Source: an uncultured Acidobacteriaceae bacterium
Lineage (GTDB): Bacteria > Acidobacteriota > Terriglobia > Terriglobales > Acidobacteriaceae
Length of the DNA stretch: 64,000 bases
Reading direction: 5' to 3'
Assembly (NCBI GenBank): GCA_963819725.1
Contig: CAWFXK010000017.1
Location: 18,150 to 82,149, forward strand
A program made the position numbers and the translations under genes. This document shows positions 49,534 through 57,927 of the stretch, one piece after another; the stretch's first letter is position 1; the number at the start of each line of letters is the position of its first letter. The notes beneath the pieces are model-generated. The model saw only the letters and a program-made list of their open reading frames with translations, did not search any database and was not told the DNA's origin.

Positions 49534-49910
49534 ACAGCAAGGAGGACCCGCGCCTGACCCGCATCACAGCAATATGCTCAGGCCTGCGCGAATCGGTCCG
49601 CGCAGATATGGGCGACCACGCCGGCTTCACCGTGCGCAAAAAGACCTTCGCGTATTTTCTCAACAACCACCACGGCGACGGGATCGTCTCCATCTGCACG
49701 CGGGCCTTCCCCGGCGAAAACAAAAAACTCATCGAGGCGCATCCGAAGAAGTTCTATCTGCCCGCCTACATCGGCCCGCGCGGATGGGTTGGCCTCCGCC
49801 TCGATCGCGGCAAAGTGGACTGGAACGAAGTCCGCGACCTCGTCACAGCAAGCTATCTGCAAGCCGCCCCAAAGAAGCTGGCAGTACTCGTCGAGGAAAA
49901 GCTCCGGTAA
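49530..49910 (+). CDS. MmcQ/YjbR family protein
   Basis: The size and the ...KKTFAYFLNNHHGDG...YIGPRGWVGLRLD pattern resemble YjbR-like proteins. Confidence 0.55.
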   Translation: MNSKEDPRLTRITAICSGLRESVRADMGDHAGFTVRKKTFAYFLNNHHGDGIVSICTRAFPGENKKLIEAHPKKFYLPAYIGPRGWVGLRLDRGKVDWNEVRDLVTASYLQAAPKKLAVLVEEKLR

Positions 49911-49911
49911 A

Positions 49912-49946
49912 GCTACCGGCTACAGGCCACAGGCTACCGGCTACCG
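49912..49946. repeat. 5 x heptamer array GCTACCG/GCTACAG/GCCACAG/GCTACCG/GCTACCG
   Basis: Same heptamer family as 14372-14406. Lies between convergent stops. Confidence 0.85.
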
Positions 49947-49952
49947 GCTGTC

Positions 49953-50504
49953 TTATTCGCTGTAATGCAACAAACTAAACACGTCGTGATCCCTGAACCG
50001 GTCCCGCCCCTTTAGGAAATCCAGCTCGATTGCGAAGCCGAGCCCCGCAATCTCTCCGCCCAGCTGTTGCACCAGCTTGATGGTCGCTTCCATCGTGCCG
50101 CCCGTTGCCAGCAGATCGTCCACCAGCACCACACGCTGCCCTGGCTCGATTGCGTCCACATGGATCTCCAGCGTGTCCGACCCGTACTCCAGGTCGTAGG
50201 TCACCCGCGCCGTCGGCCCTGGCAGCTTCTTCGGTTTCCGTACCGGCACAAAGCCCGCATTCAGCCGATACGCCAGCGCCGGCCCAAAAATAAAGCCGCG
50301 CGCCTCGATGCCCAGCACCAGATCGATTTCTTTGTCGATGTAGTACTGCGCCAGCGCGTCGATCAGCGTCGCGAACCCCTTGGGATCCTTCAGCAGCGTC
50401 GTGATGTCGTAGAACAAAATCCCCGGTTTGGGGAAATCCGGAATCGTCCGGATCAGCGCCTTCAGGGGCTCGCAGTCAGTCGCACAAGGGGTCATACTCT
50501 TCAC
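49953..50504 (-). CDS. apt: adenine phosphoribosyltransferase
   Basis: [18 protein letters not shown] and the PRPP motif [13 protein letters not shown]. Confidence 0.9.
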   Translation of the reverse strand: MKSMTPCATDCEPLKALIRTIPDFPKPGILFYDITTLLKDPKGFATLIDALAQYYIDKEIDLVLGIEARGFIFGPALAYRLNAGFVPVRKPKKLPGPTARVTYDLEYGSDTLEIHVDAIEPGQRVVLVDDLLATGGTMEATIKLVQQLGGEIAGLGFAIELDFLKGRDRFRDHDVFSLLHYSE

Positions 50505-50782
50505 CAGGCTCCTTCAATCTGAAACGGGCCGAGGCCCTCGCCTTCCTTCGCATCCAGTTCGTGGTGGAGCACCGCATCCACCCGGCTCCCGCGCGATCCC
50601 CTGCGCAGCGCCTGCTTCAGCTCGTCCAGCGACTCCGCATCGCCCGACGCTACCACTTCAACATGACCGTCTTCGGTGTTGCGCACCCACCCGTTCAGCT
50701 CCAGAGCCGCGGCCTCCCGATGGACAAACCACCGGAACCCCACGCCCTGCACACGCCCTTTCACCAGGAAGTGACACACCAT
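50501..50782 (-). CDS. acyP: acylphosphatase
   Basis: [14 protein letters not shown]...[14 protein letters not shown] signature. Confidence 0.85.
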   Translation of the reverse strand: MVCHFLVKGRVQGVGFRWFVHREAAALELNGWVRNTEDGHVEVVASGDAESLDELKQALRRGSRGSRVDAVLHHELDAKEGEGLGPFQIEGAW

Positions 50783-50870
50783 AAGGAAGGCAGGCTCAGT
50801 GTTTCAGAACTCCACGCTGCTCGCAAGATAACGCCCGTCCGCGTGTGCCTCTCCAACTCGCGGCGCGAAG

Positions 50871-50924
50871 CGCGTCCGCCTGGACGGCCAGTCCCGCGTC
50901 CGCCGGGACGGCCAGTCCTATAAT
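50871..50924 (+). promoter_or_regulatory. 24-bp tandem duplication abutting a consensus TATAAT
   Basis: CGCGTCCGCC(T/G)GGACGGCCAGTCC at 50871-50894 and 50895-50918 (23/24 identical), then TATAAT at 50919-50924, about 80 nt upstream of the amidase ATG. Confidence 0.4.
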
Positions 50925-51001
50925 CGAGAGTGTCTTCGGCAGAGTCGCTCTCTCCCCCGCGTGGAAAGCTGGCCGGTGGAACTCGGCCGACCCCGCCGTC
51001 T

Positions 51002-53260
51002 ATGCAGCGCGCTGTCCGATCTTCGATGTCGTCCTCCCGATCGCACGCAGCCCGCGCCTGCGTCGTCACTCTCGCGCTCGTCTCCCTCGCCGCGCCTATA
51101 ACCTTCGCTGCTCAGTCTTCGTCCGTCTTCGCCCACGCCGAGCGCATCCGCGAAGCCCTCGAAGGCCGCCCCGAGCAGCAGCGCACCCGCCTCCAGTACG
51201 AGCACGTTCTTGACGCCTACCGCGCCATCTACCACGGCGATCCCGCCTCTCCCAAAGCCGACGCTTCCGTCGCTGCCGTTGCCGACCTGCTCGCCGAAGA
51301 AGGCCGCGTCTTCCAGGACCAGAAAGCTCTTCGCGACGCCATCGGCCAGTACGAATTCCTCCGTCATCAGTACCCCACCACGCGCTTCCGTTTCAGCGCT
51401 CTCCTCACCGAAGGCGAAATCTATCAGCGCGACCTCGGCGACCTCGATCAGGCAAAGGCCGCCTACCAGAACTTTCTCCGCGTTTATCCGCAGAACGCTC
51501 TCGCCGTCGAAGCCCGCGCCGAACTGAAGAACATCCGTCGCGACCAGATCGCTGCCCGCCGTCATTCCTCTTCGCCTCGTGCCACCGCCGAATCGCGAGA
51601 GCCTTCGCCGCTGTCCTCGCGATCCGCCTCCCGCAACAACGAACCGCAGCGCCCTGCAATCGCCGAGCGCGACCTCGCCGACAGCGACGAATCCCCCGTT
51701 GCTGCGGCCGACTCCCAGCCCGTCAGCGCCAGCGACACCCGCCTGCTCAACGCCCTGCCGCCTCCGCGCCGCGGCGGCCTCCCTTACATCACAGGCATCC
51801 GCCATTGGTCCACCCCCGGTTACACCCGCGTCGCCATCGACCTCCAGCAACAGGTCCGCTACCAGGCCGCCCGCGTCACCAACCCCGATCGCATCTTCTT
51901 CGACCTCTACAGCACGCGCCTCTCACCCGAGCTCTCCGGCCGCCCCGTCGAAATCACCGGCGACCCCTTCCTCACCCGCGTCCGCGCCGCGCAAACCTCG
52001 CCCAGCACTACCCGCGTCGTCCTCGACGTCAGCAGCCTCGCCGACTACTCCGCCTTCTTCCTCCAGAACCCGCCGCGCCTCATCATCGACGTCCACGGCA
52101 ATCCCAACCCGCCGCGCCAGATCGCAGCCGCCGCTCCGCCGAACAGAAATCCGGCGCCCACGCTATCCGTCTCCGCGCACACACCGTCCATCTCTGAGCG
52201 AGCGTTGCCCGCTCCTCGTCCAGGCGCCAGCGCAAGCTCTCCAGCCTCTTCCGCTTTCGACAGCGACAACGGAGCCGCGCTCACCGACGTGCCGAAGCTC
52301 AGCAGCCAGCCCGGTGAGGTCCGCGCGACGCGCCATCCCACCACTGCCCCGGTCGTCGCCTCTTTTGGGCGGCGCGCGCCGGCGTCACCGTCCTCGCGAA
52401 CATCGTCCACGACGTCCGCACAGGCCTTCCACTCCGACGACGACGTTCCCCCCGCCGAAGCCGGCGCCGGTGGCACTCCTGCTCCCGACGCTGAGCCGCC
52501 CACGCGGCCTGCGCCGAACTCGATGGTTCGCGCTCTCGGCCTCAAGATCAACCGCATCGTCATCGACGCCGGCCACGGCGGCCATGACTCGGGCACCCTC
52601 GGCCCCGGCGGTCTCGAAGAAAAAGACGTCGTCCTCGACGTCGCCCTCCGCCTCGGCCACCTCCTCAAACAGCGTCTCGGTGCCGACGTCACCTACACCC
52701 GCAGCGACGACACCTTCATCCCGCTCGAGACCCGCACCGCCATCGCCAACCAGGCCCAGGCCGACCTCTTCATCTCCATTCACGCCAACTCCAGCCCCGA
52801 CACCGACGCGCGCGGTGTCGAAGTCTACTACCTCAGCTTCACCTCTTCCGCCGATGCCCTCGAAGTCGCCGCGCGTGAGAACGCCACCTCCGACGAGTCC
52901 ATCCACCAGCTCTCCGATCTCGTGAAGAAAATCGCCCTGCAGGACAAGATCAACGAGTCGCATGCCTTTGCCGACGACGTCGACCAGAGCCTCTACGCCG
53001 GACTCGACCAGGGCAATCCTGGCCTCAAGGATCGCGGCGTCAAAAAGGCTCCCTTCGTCGTCCTCATCGGCGCCAACATGCCGTCCATCCTCGCCGAAAT
53101 CTCCTTCCTCACCAATCCCGACGATGCCGCCGAACTCCGCCAGCCAAAATACCGCCAGCGCATCGCCGAATCTTTGTACCGCGGCGTCTCCCGCTACGTC
53201 TCCAGCCTCAACGGCGTCCGCGTCGCCCAGGCCGGCACTCACCCCAACAGCACCGAGTAG
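51002..53260 (+). CDS. N-acetylmuramoyl-L-alanine amidase (AmiC-like) with N-terminal TPR-like and AMIN-like regions and a long Pro/Ser-rich linker
   Basis: C-terminal RIVIDAGHGGHDSG...LFISIHANS...KKAPFVVL amidase_3 motifs. Start uncertain (ATG 51002 preferred, ORF opens at 50930). Confidence 0.85.
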   Translation: MQRAVRSSMSSSRSHAARACVVTLALVSLAAPITFAAQSSSVFAHAERIREALEGRPEQQRTRLQYEHVLDAYRAIYHGDPASPKADASVAAVADLLAEEGRVFQDQKALRDAIGQYEFLRHQYPTTRFRFSALLTEGEIYQRDLGDLDQAKAAYQNFLRVYPQNALAVEARAELKNIRRDQIAARRHSSSPRATAESREPSPLSSRSASRNNEPQRPAIAERDLADSDESPVAAADSQPVSASDTRLLNALPPPRRGGLPYITGIRHWSTPGYTRVAIDLQQQVRYQAARVTNPDRIFFDLYSTRLSPELSGRPVEITGDPFLTRVRAAQTSPSTTRVVLDVSSLADYSAFFLQNPPRLIIDVHGNPNPPRQIAAAAPPNRNPAPTLSVSAHTPSISERALPAPRPGASASSPASSAFDSDNGAALTDVPKLSSQPGEVRATRHPTTAPVVASFGRRAPASPSSRTSSTTSAQAFHSDDDVPPAEAGAGGTPAPDAEPPTRPAPNSMVRALGLKINRIVIDAGHGGHDSGTLGPGGLEEKDVVLDVALRLGHLLKQRLGADVTYTRSDDTFIPLETRTAIANQAQADLFISIHANSSPDTDARGVEVYYLSFTSSADALEVAARENATSDESIHQLSDLVKKIALQDKINESHAFADDVDQSLYAGLDQGNPGLKDRGVKKAPFVVLIGANMPSILAEISFLTNPDDAAELRQPKYRQRIAESLYRGVSRYVSSLNGVRVAQAGTHPNSTE

Positions 53261-53335
53261 GCAATCGACCGGAAGTCTGAATATAGCTACAGCAAGAAGG
53301 AGCCAGCCAGCGAGGAGAAGCCAGTCAGCGGCTGA

Positions 53336-53408
53336 TTTTGTATCAGGGCACGACCTTGGTCGTGCCGAATGAGGCCAATGAAGGTCCGGGCTTTAGCCCC
53401 TGCATCCT
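53336..53408. repeat. two-hairpin dispersed element, copy A
   Basis: TTTTGTATCAGGGCACGACCTTGGTCGTGCC...CCGGGCTTTAGCCCCTGCATCC: hairpin 1 is GGCACGACC/GGTCGTGCC and hairpin 2 is GGGCT-TT-AGCCC. Confidence 0.65.
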
Positions 53409-53461
53409 GAAACCTTTCTTTCAACGCCGGTGTCAGTCCAACTATCATCGAAACAGGAGCG

Positions 53462-54505
53462 ATGCCCCGGATCCTCACACTCTGCGCGCTGTCTCTCTCG
53501 ACGCTGGCCTTCGCCGCGCCCGCGCCCCAGCCTGCACCTTCGCCCGCTCCGTTGCTCCCACCGTCCTTCGCCGGCTTCTCTCAAGCCGCTCCATCGCCCG
53601 CGCTCATCAGCCCCGCCGATGCCGCAGTCCTCCACGAAGACGGCCTCACCCAATCGGCAGCCGCAACCTACACGTCTGGCTCCCGCCAGCTCACGATCCG
53701 CGCCTGGCGCCTCGGCGACGCCACCGGCGCTTACGGAGCCTTCACGTACCTTCGCCAACCAGGCATGCATGCCGACGCCATCGGCCACGAAGGCGCGTCT
53801 TCCGGTGACCACTACCTGTTCTGGAATGGCGCCACCGTCATCGACGCGACCTTCGCGCAATCCACTGCCGATGAGAAATCCGCGCTCATCAATCTCGCTG
53901 CGCAGATCCCGCAGGTCGGCGGCGCGGCCGGTATTCCGCCCAGCCTGCCGCATTATCTGCCCAAGGCTCAGCTCGACTCGCAGAGCGTGAAGTACGCCAT
54001 CGGCCCCGCAGCGTATGCCGCCATGGGCGCGCCCCTTGCCGCCTCTGCCATCGACTTCGGCCTCGACACCGAAGTCATCACCGCGCACTACGGACCCGCA
54101 GGCACCCTCACGCTGCTCCTCTATCCCACGCCGCAAATCGCCGGCGCGCATCTCAAGGCCATCGACGCGCTCGCCGGCTCCTCCGGCTTCTCCACCAAGC
54201 GTGAAGGACCCCTCGTCGCCATCGTCAGCGGCAGCGCCTCTGGGCAAAAAGCACAGCAGCTTCTCGCCGCCGTTCACTTCAGCGACTACGTCACCATCAA
54301 CCATCCCGAAGGCTACGTTCCGGAGACGACGAAGCTCTACCGCTTGTTGATGGGCATCACCATGCTCGTCGTCATTCTCTTTGGCGCTGCTTTGATCCTC
54401 GGCCTCTTCTTCGGCGGTGGTCGCGCACTCGTTCGCGTGCTTCGCGGCAAGCCCGTTTCCACGGTCTCCGAAGAGGAGTTCATCTCCCTGCATCTCGGCC
54501 GCTAA
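53462..54505 (+). CDS. hypothetical secreted protein with a C-terminal membrane anchor
   Basis: Signal peptide MPRILTLCALSLSTLAFA and a C-terminal TM LLMGITMLVVILFGAALILGLFFGG. Confidence 0.6.
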   Translation: MPRILTLCALSLSTLAFAAPAPQPAPSPAPLLPPSFAGFSQAAPSPALISPADAAVLHEDGLTQSAAATYTSGSRQLTIRAWRLGDATGAYGAFTYLRQPGMHADAIGHEGASSGDHYLFWNGATVIDATFAQSTADEKSALINLAAQIPQVGGAAGIPPSLPHYLPKAQLDSQSVKYAIGPAAYAAMGAPLAASAIDFGLDTEVITAHYGPAGTLTLLLYPTPQIAGAHLKAIDALAGSSGFSTKREGPLVAIVSGSASGQKAQQLLAAVHFSDYVTINHPEGYVPETTKLYRLLMGITMLVVILFGAALILGLFFGGGRALVRVLRGKPVSTVSEEEFISLHLGR

Positions 54506-54695
54506 ACCGCCAGACCCGCAGGAACGCGCCTGGGTACCCCAGTTTTCCAGAAGGGCAAGGCTTATTTACCAGAAATGAAAGGGATTATCCCGAAACTGGA
54601 CGCCTCGCAGGTGAATATAAGGCGAATCGAATGCCTGATTGCATATTTTGCAAACTTTGTTCTGTCAATCACTTGCAAGCTTTTGGGATTTAGCC

Positions 54696-54724
54696 TTGAC
54701 ACCCCTTCCAGCCACTCATACTAT
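54696..54724 (+). promoter_or_regulatory. orphan sigma70-like promoter TTGACA-17 nt-TACTAT
   Basis: TTGACA at 54696-54701, exact 17-nt spacer, TACTAT at 54719-54724. Three TTGCA(A) words lie 20-55 nt upstream. Confidence 0.4.
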
Positions 54725-54730
54725 TCCCCC

Positions 54731-54813
54731 AGAAAGTTCTGATGGCTTGCCTCCGTTGGAACTATTCTCCCTGAAGAGAAGGCTGCCCAGTTGCCGGGCG
54801 GCCTTTTCTCGTT
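54731..54813 (+). ncRNA. candidate small RNA of about 80 nt (predicted from promoter plus terminator only)
   Basis: No plus-strand gene lies downstream. The hairpin GGCTGCCC-AGTTGCC-GGGCGGCC at 54781-54803 is followed by TTTTCTCGTT. The hairpin could equally terminate the convergent minus-strand gene. Confidence 0.3.
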
Positions 54814-54827
54814 CTGGACGCCACTGA

Positions 54828-55505
54828 CTACGCCGAATTTCGACCCTCGTTTTCCACTGGGACCGCATCGCTCCATCGAGCACCGCAGTTTTCGCAACAC
54901 CACGTGTTCGTCGGTTCAATGCTCTCGAGCAGAGGATCCGCCGCGCCGCACTTCCGACACGACGGCGGCACAAAATCCTCCACCTTCACTTTGGACTGAT
55001 CGATCACGTCCTGCGGAATCGGCTTAGCAATGATCGCGCGGGCTTCCTCTAATTGATCCGCCGCAACCGTCACCTGCGGATTGCGCGTATCGAGCGAATT
55101 CTGTGATCGCGGACCGTCAATCCAGCTCTCGATGCCGGCTCTCCTCAGCACCTCCGCAATTTGCCAGGCCTCTTCCCGCTCGCTGCACTCGCACAGCAGC
55201 GTCTTCCACGTGTACTCGACAGGCTCGTCCTCACCCTCCTCGGCCGATTCGTCGTCCTCAGGATCGAATTCGCCATTCTGTTCTGCCGCCGCCTGATTCC
55301 ATCGCCCAAAGATCGGCTTGTTGTCCGGAACAGGTTTCGCCTCTGGAGCAGTCAGCTTCCGCTTTTTCAACTCATCTCGCAGCACCTGCTGCGCCACATC
55401 GGTCAGATTCCCGAAGTCCTCAGCCAGATCCAGCAACTCCTCGTCGCTCTTCTCTGCGTAGAGCTGCGTCAACCTCTGCCACTCCGCTCCTGGATCGCTC
55501 TGCAT
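54828..55505 (-). CDS. hypothetical protein with an acidic linker, a DUF2007-like segment and a C-terminal CxxC...CxxC zinc ribbon
   Basis: SCRKCGAADPLLESIEPTNTWCCENCGARW at the C-terminus. Confidence 0.6.
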   Translation of the reverse strand: MQSDPGAEWQRLTQLYAEKSDEELLDLAEDFGNLTDVAQQVLRDELKKRKLTAPEAKPVPDNKPIFGRWNQAAAEQNGEFDPEDDESAEEGEDEPVEYTWKTLLCECSEREEAWQIAEVLRRAGIESWIDGPRSQNSLDTRNPQVTVAADQLEEARAIIAKPIPQDVIDQSKVKVEDFVPPSCRKCGAADPLLESIEPTNTWCCENCGARWSDAVPVENEGRNSA

Positions 55506-55606
55506 CAGCAGCAGTATAGGCCGCGCCGCGCTTTACGCTGCCAAACCGGAACGATAGAATCAAGTTCAGCCGCAGCACGCCGATCATCTTTGCTGTAGCC
55601 CATCAA

Positions 55607-55682
55607 GCCGACGTAGCTCAGTTGGTAGAGCAGCCGATTCGTAATCGGCAGGTCACCGGTTCAAGTCCGGTCGTCGGCTCCA
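55607..55682 (+). tRNA. tRNA-Thr (anticodon CGT), CCA encoded
   Basis: GCCGACGTAGCTCAGTTGGTAGAGCAGCCGATTCGTAATCGGCAGGTCACCGGTTCAAGTCCGGTCGTCGGCTCCA folds as a canonical cloverleaf. Confidence 0.95.
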
Positions 55683-55713
55683 TCCGAATCACGACCGCTC
55701 CCGTGAGCCGAAC

Positions 55714-56829
55714 CTATCCCTCCTTCGCGACCAGCTGCATCACAGCGCGAATGTAACCCAGCGCATAGGCGAATCCCCTCGGCCCACCGCTGTAATTCCC
55801 TGCATCGCCAGGAACGCTGGGCACGTGATCCGGCATGATCATCCCGTCGTAGCCGACCTCCCTGTAGGTGCGCATCGCCTGAAACATATCCACCACTCCC
55901 TCATCGGGAAACGCCTCCTGGAAGTCGAGGTAGTGGCCTTTGATGTTCCGGAAGTGCACGTTGAAAATCTTGCGGCGCGTGCCGAAGTAGCGGATCACAT
56001 CGAAAATCTCCTTCGCCGGATCCTGCAGCATCTCTGAGACCGTCCCCTGGCAGAAGTTGAGCCCGTGATACGGACTCTCCGCGATGGACACGAACTTCTT
56101 CAGCCCCTCCACGCTTCCCAGCACAGCATCCACACCGCGAAAGCCCTTGCCGGGAGGAACGCCCGGATCCTGTGGATGGCACGCCATCCTGACCTTGTAT
56201 TCCGCGGCAACCGGAACCACGCGCTCCAGAAACCACGTGATGCGTTCCCAGTACACGTCTGCCGTCACCTGGCCTGCCGCCGTTAGTGGCGGCTCCGGAT
56301 TCGTTGCCAGAGCATAGTTGAATGCGTGAGCCTCGGCGCGTCCGCGGCCTTGCACCGGAGCGGTTCGCGGTATCCCGATCAGCGTCAGGTTATATTTGAC
56401 GGCCGGAATTCCCGCCGCGGCAACGTTCCGAATCATCTGGCAAATGTCGTCGACCGCCCGATCCCGGTCCGGACTCACCCCCAGCAGAATGCTCGGATAT
56501 TCCGCCTTCTCGATCTCGACCGAACTCATTGGAAGAGGAATCATCGCCAGCTTCATTCCGTACGATTCGACCCTCTCCCGTTCTCGCATCAGTCCCGCCA
56601 CTGACCACGGATCGTCCAGCTTCCGCGACGGAAGCCAGCCGCACACAGCCTCCACTCCGGCGGCCGAGTAGAACGCCAGGTCCTCGTCCGTCATGTGGTC
56701 CTGCATGCCCAGCTTCATCGGAAACTTCCCCGGATGCCTGCCCGGAGCGCCCGTCTCGCTCGATGTCTTTGCGGTCTGCATCATCATCGGGGCCGTCACA
56801 GCGGCCGCCACAAACTTCCTTCGGTCCAC
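55714..56829 (-). CDS. uxuA: mannonate dehydratase (UxuA) family protein with a Tat-like N-terminus
   Basis: FNVHFRNIKGHYLDFQEAFPDEGVVDMFQAMRTYREVGYDGMIMPDHVP is UxuA-like. GTG start with GGAGA 6 nt upstream. The N-terminus is MDRRKFVAAAV. Confidence 0.75.
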   Translation of the reverse strand: MDRRKFVAAAVTAPMMMQTAKTSSETGAPGRHPGKFPMKLGMQDHMTDEDLAFYSAAGVEAVCGWLPSRKLDDPWSVAGLMRERERVESYGMKLAMIPLPMSSVEIEKAEYPSILLGVSPDRDRAVDDICQMIRNVAAAGIPAVKYNLTLIGIPRTAPVQGRGRAEAHAFNYALATNPEPPLTAAGQVTADVYWERITWFLERVVPVAAEYKVRMACHPQDPGVPPGKGFRGVDAVLGSVEGLKKFVSIAESPYHGLNFCQGTVSEMLQDPAKEIFDVIRYFGTRRKIFNVHFRNIKGHYLDFQEAFPDEGVVDMFQAMRTYREVGYDGMIMPDHVPSVPGDAGNYSGGPRGFAYALGYIRAVMQLVAKEG

Positions 56830-56846
56830 GTTCAGTCTCCAGGATT

Positions 56847-56888
56847 CAGTGAATTGCGTTCCGTGAATTGCGATCCGTGAATTGCGCT
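56847..56888. repeat. 3 x 14-nt tandem repeat CAGTGAATTGCGTT/CCGTGAATTGCGAT/CCGTGAATTGCGCT
   Basis: Lies 18 nt upstream of the uxuA-like start codon. Confidence 0.85.
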
Positions 56889-56933
56889 CGGAGCAGCTTC
56901 AGCCCCGGTGGCTGGAGAATAAATTATCCTGTC

Positions 56934-56965
56934 CCGGCCATGAGCACCTCGAGGTGCCAGGCCGG
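56934..56965. promoter_or_regulatory. long palindrome CCGGCC-ATGA-GCACCTCGAGGTGC-CA-GGCCGG in a divergent intergenic region
   Basis: A perfect 14-nt palindrome with outer 6-bp arms. The position between divergent genes argues against a terminator role. Confidence 0.3.
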
Positions 56966-57161
56966 CGAAGACTCGATTCGTCAATCTCTCTCCGGCCCCA
57001 TGCAAACGGGTTTACGTGGGCTTCACAAATCCCGCCAGGCAAAACCCGCGCAGGTGACCGCAGTACGCTAATCTCACGAACATCCTTTCCCCAACAACCG
57101 CCTTCTTAACTACCAAATCAATCCTGGGTGTTGCCCAATCTCAGTCGAGGAGAGCACTGTC

Positions 57162-57779
57162 TTGCTCCAACGGGCCGCAATCATCGTTCTCCTGTTTCTC
57201 CCCTCCCTTGCGCTGGCTCAAAGCGCGGAGTCGGCTGTGGGCGGGAATTCCACCCTGTGGGCCGGAGGCGAAGCCTCCTCCTTCAACCCCGATTACAGCT
57301 GCTCCAGCAACAAGCCTTTTGGCTGCCCAGGCCAGTTGGTCGGCCCGGCCGCATTCTTCGATTTGAACGTTTCCCCCAGGTGGGGAGCCGAGGGCGAAGC
57401 GCGCTGGCTGCACTGGAACGGAAGCGACGGCCAGATCGAATCCAACTACCTCGCCGGCGGTCGCTACAGAGTCGTCGACTATCATCGCCTCAACCTCTGG
57501 CTCAAATTGCTGTTGGGCGGTGGCCTCATCACCACTCCCGGTTTCCCCGCGTCCGGCAGCCTCAAAGGCAGCTACTTCGCGTATTCTCCCGGCGGGACGC
57601 TTGAGTTTCCGCTGACACACCAAATATTGCTTCGCGGCGATTATGAGTATCAGATCTGGCCCGCCTTTGCCGGACCCGCGACCTTCAACACCAGCACCGG
57701 AACCGTTGTCCAGCACGCCAATGGACTCACCCCCAATGGCTTCAGCCTGGGCGTGAGCTACCGCTTCCTCGGCCGGTAA
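57162..57779 (+). CDS. outer-membrane beta-barrel protein (OmpA-like barrel family)
   Basis: Signal peptide LQRAAIIVLLFLPSLALAQS, alternating beta-strand pattern, C-terminal ...GVSYRFLGR. TTG start with GAGGAGA upstream. Confidence 0.65.
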   Translation: MLQRAAIIVLLFLPSLALAQSAESAVGGNSTLWAGGEASSFNPDYSCSSNKPFGCPGQLVGPAAFFDLNVSPRWGAEGEARWLHWNGSDGQIESNYLAGGRYRVVDYHRLNLWLKLLLGGGLITTPGFPASGSLKGSYFAYSPGGTLEFPLTHQILLRGDYEYQIWPAFAGPATFNTSTGTVVQHANGLTPNGFSLGVSYRFLGR

Positions 57780-57927
57780 ACCAACCCTCTCGTCGCGTCC
57801 GTTCTTCACGCCCTCTCAAGGTGCTTCCTCTTCCGCACCCTCTCTCCCTGTAGACTCGATACGCTCAAACTTCCGGCACGCACCTGGCCTCTGCCGACCG
57901 GCGTGTCCACTTCGGTGCGAGGACCTT

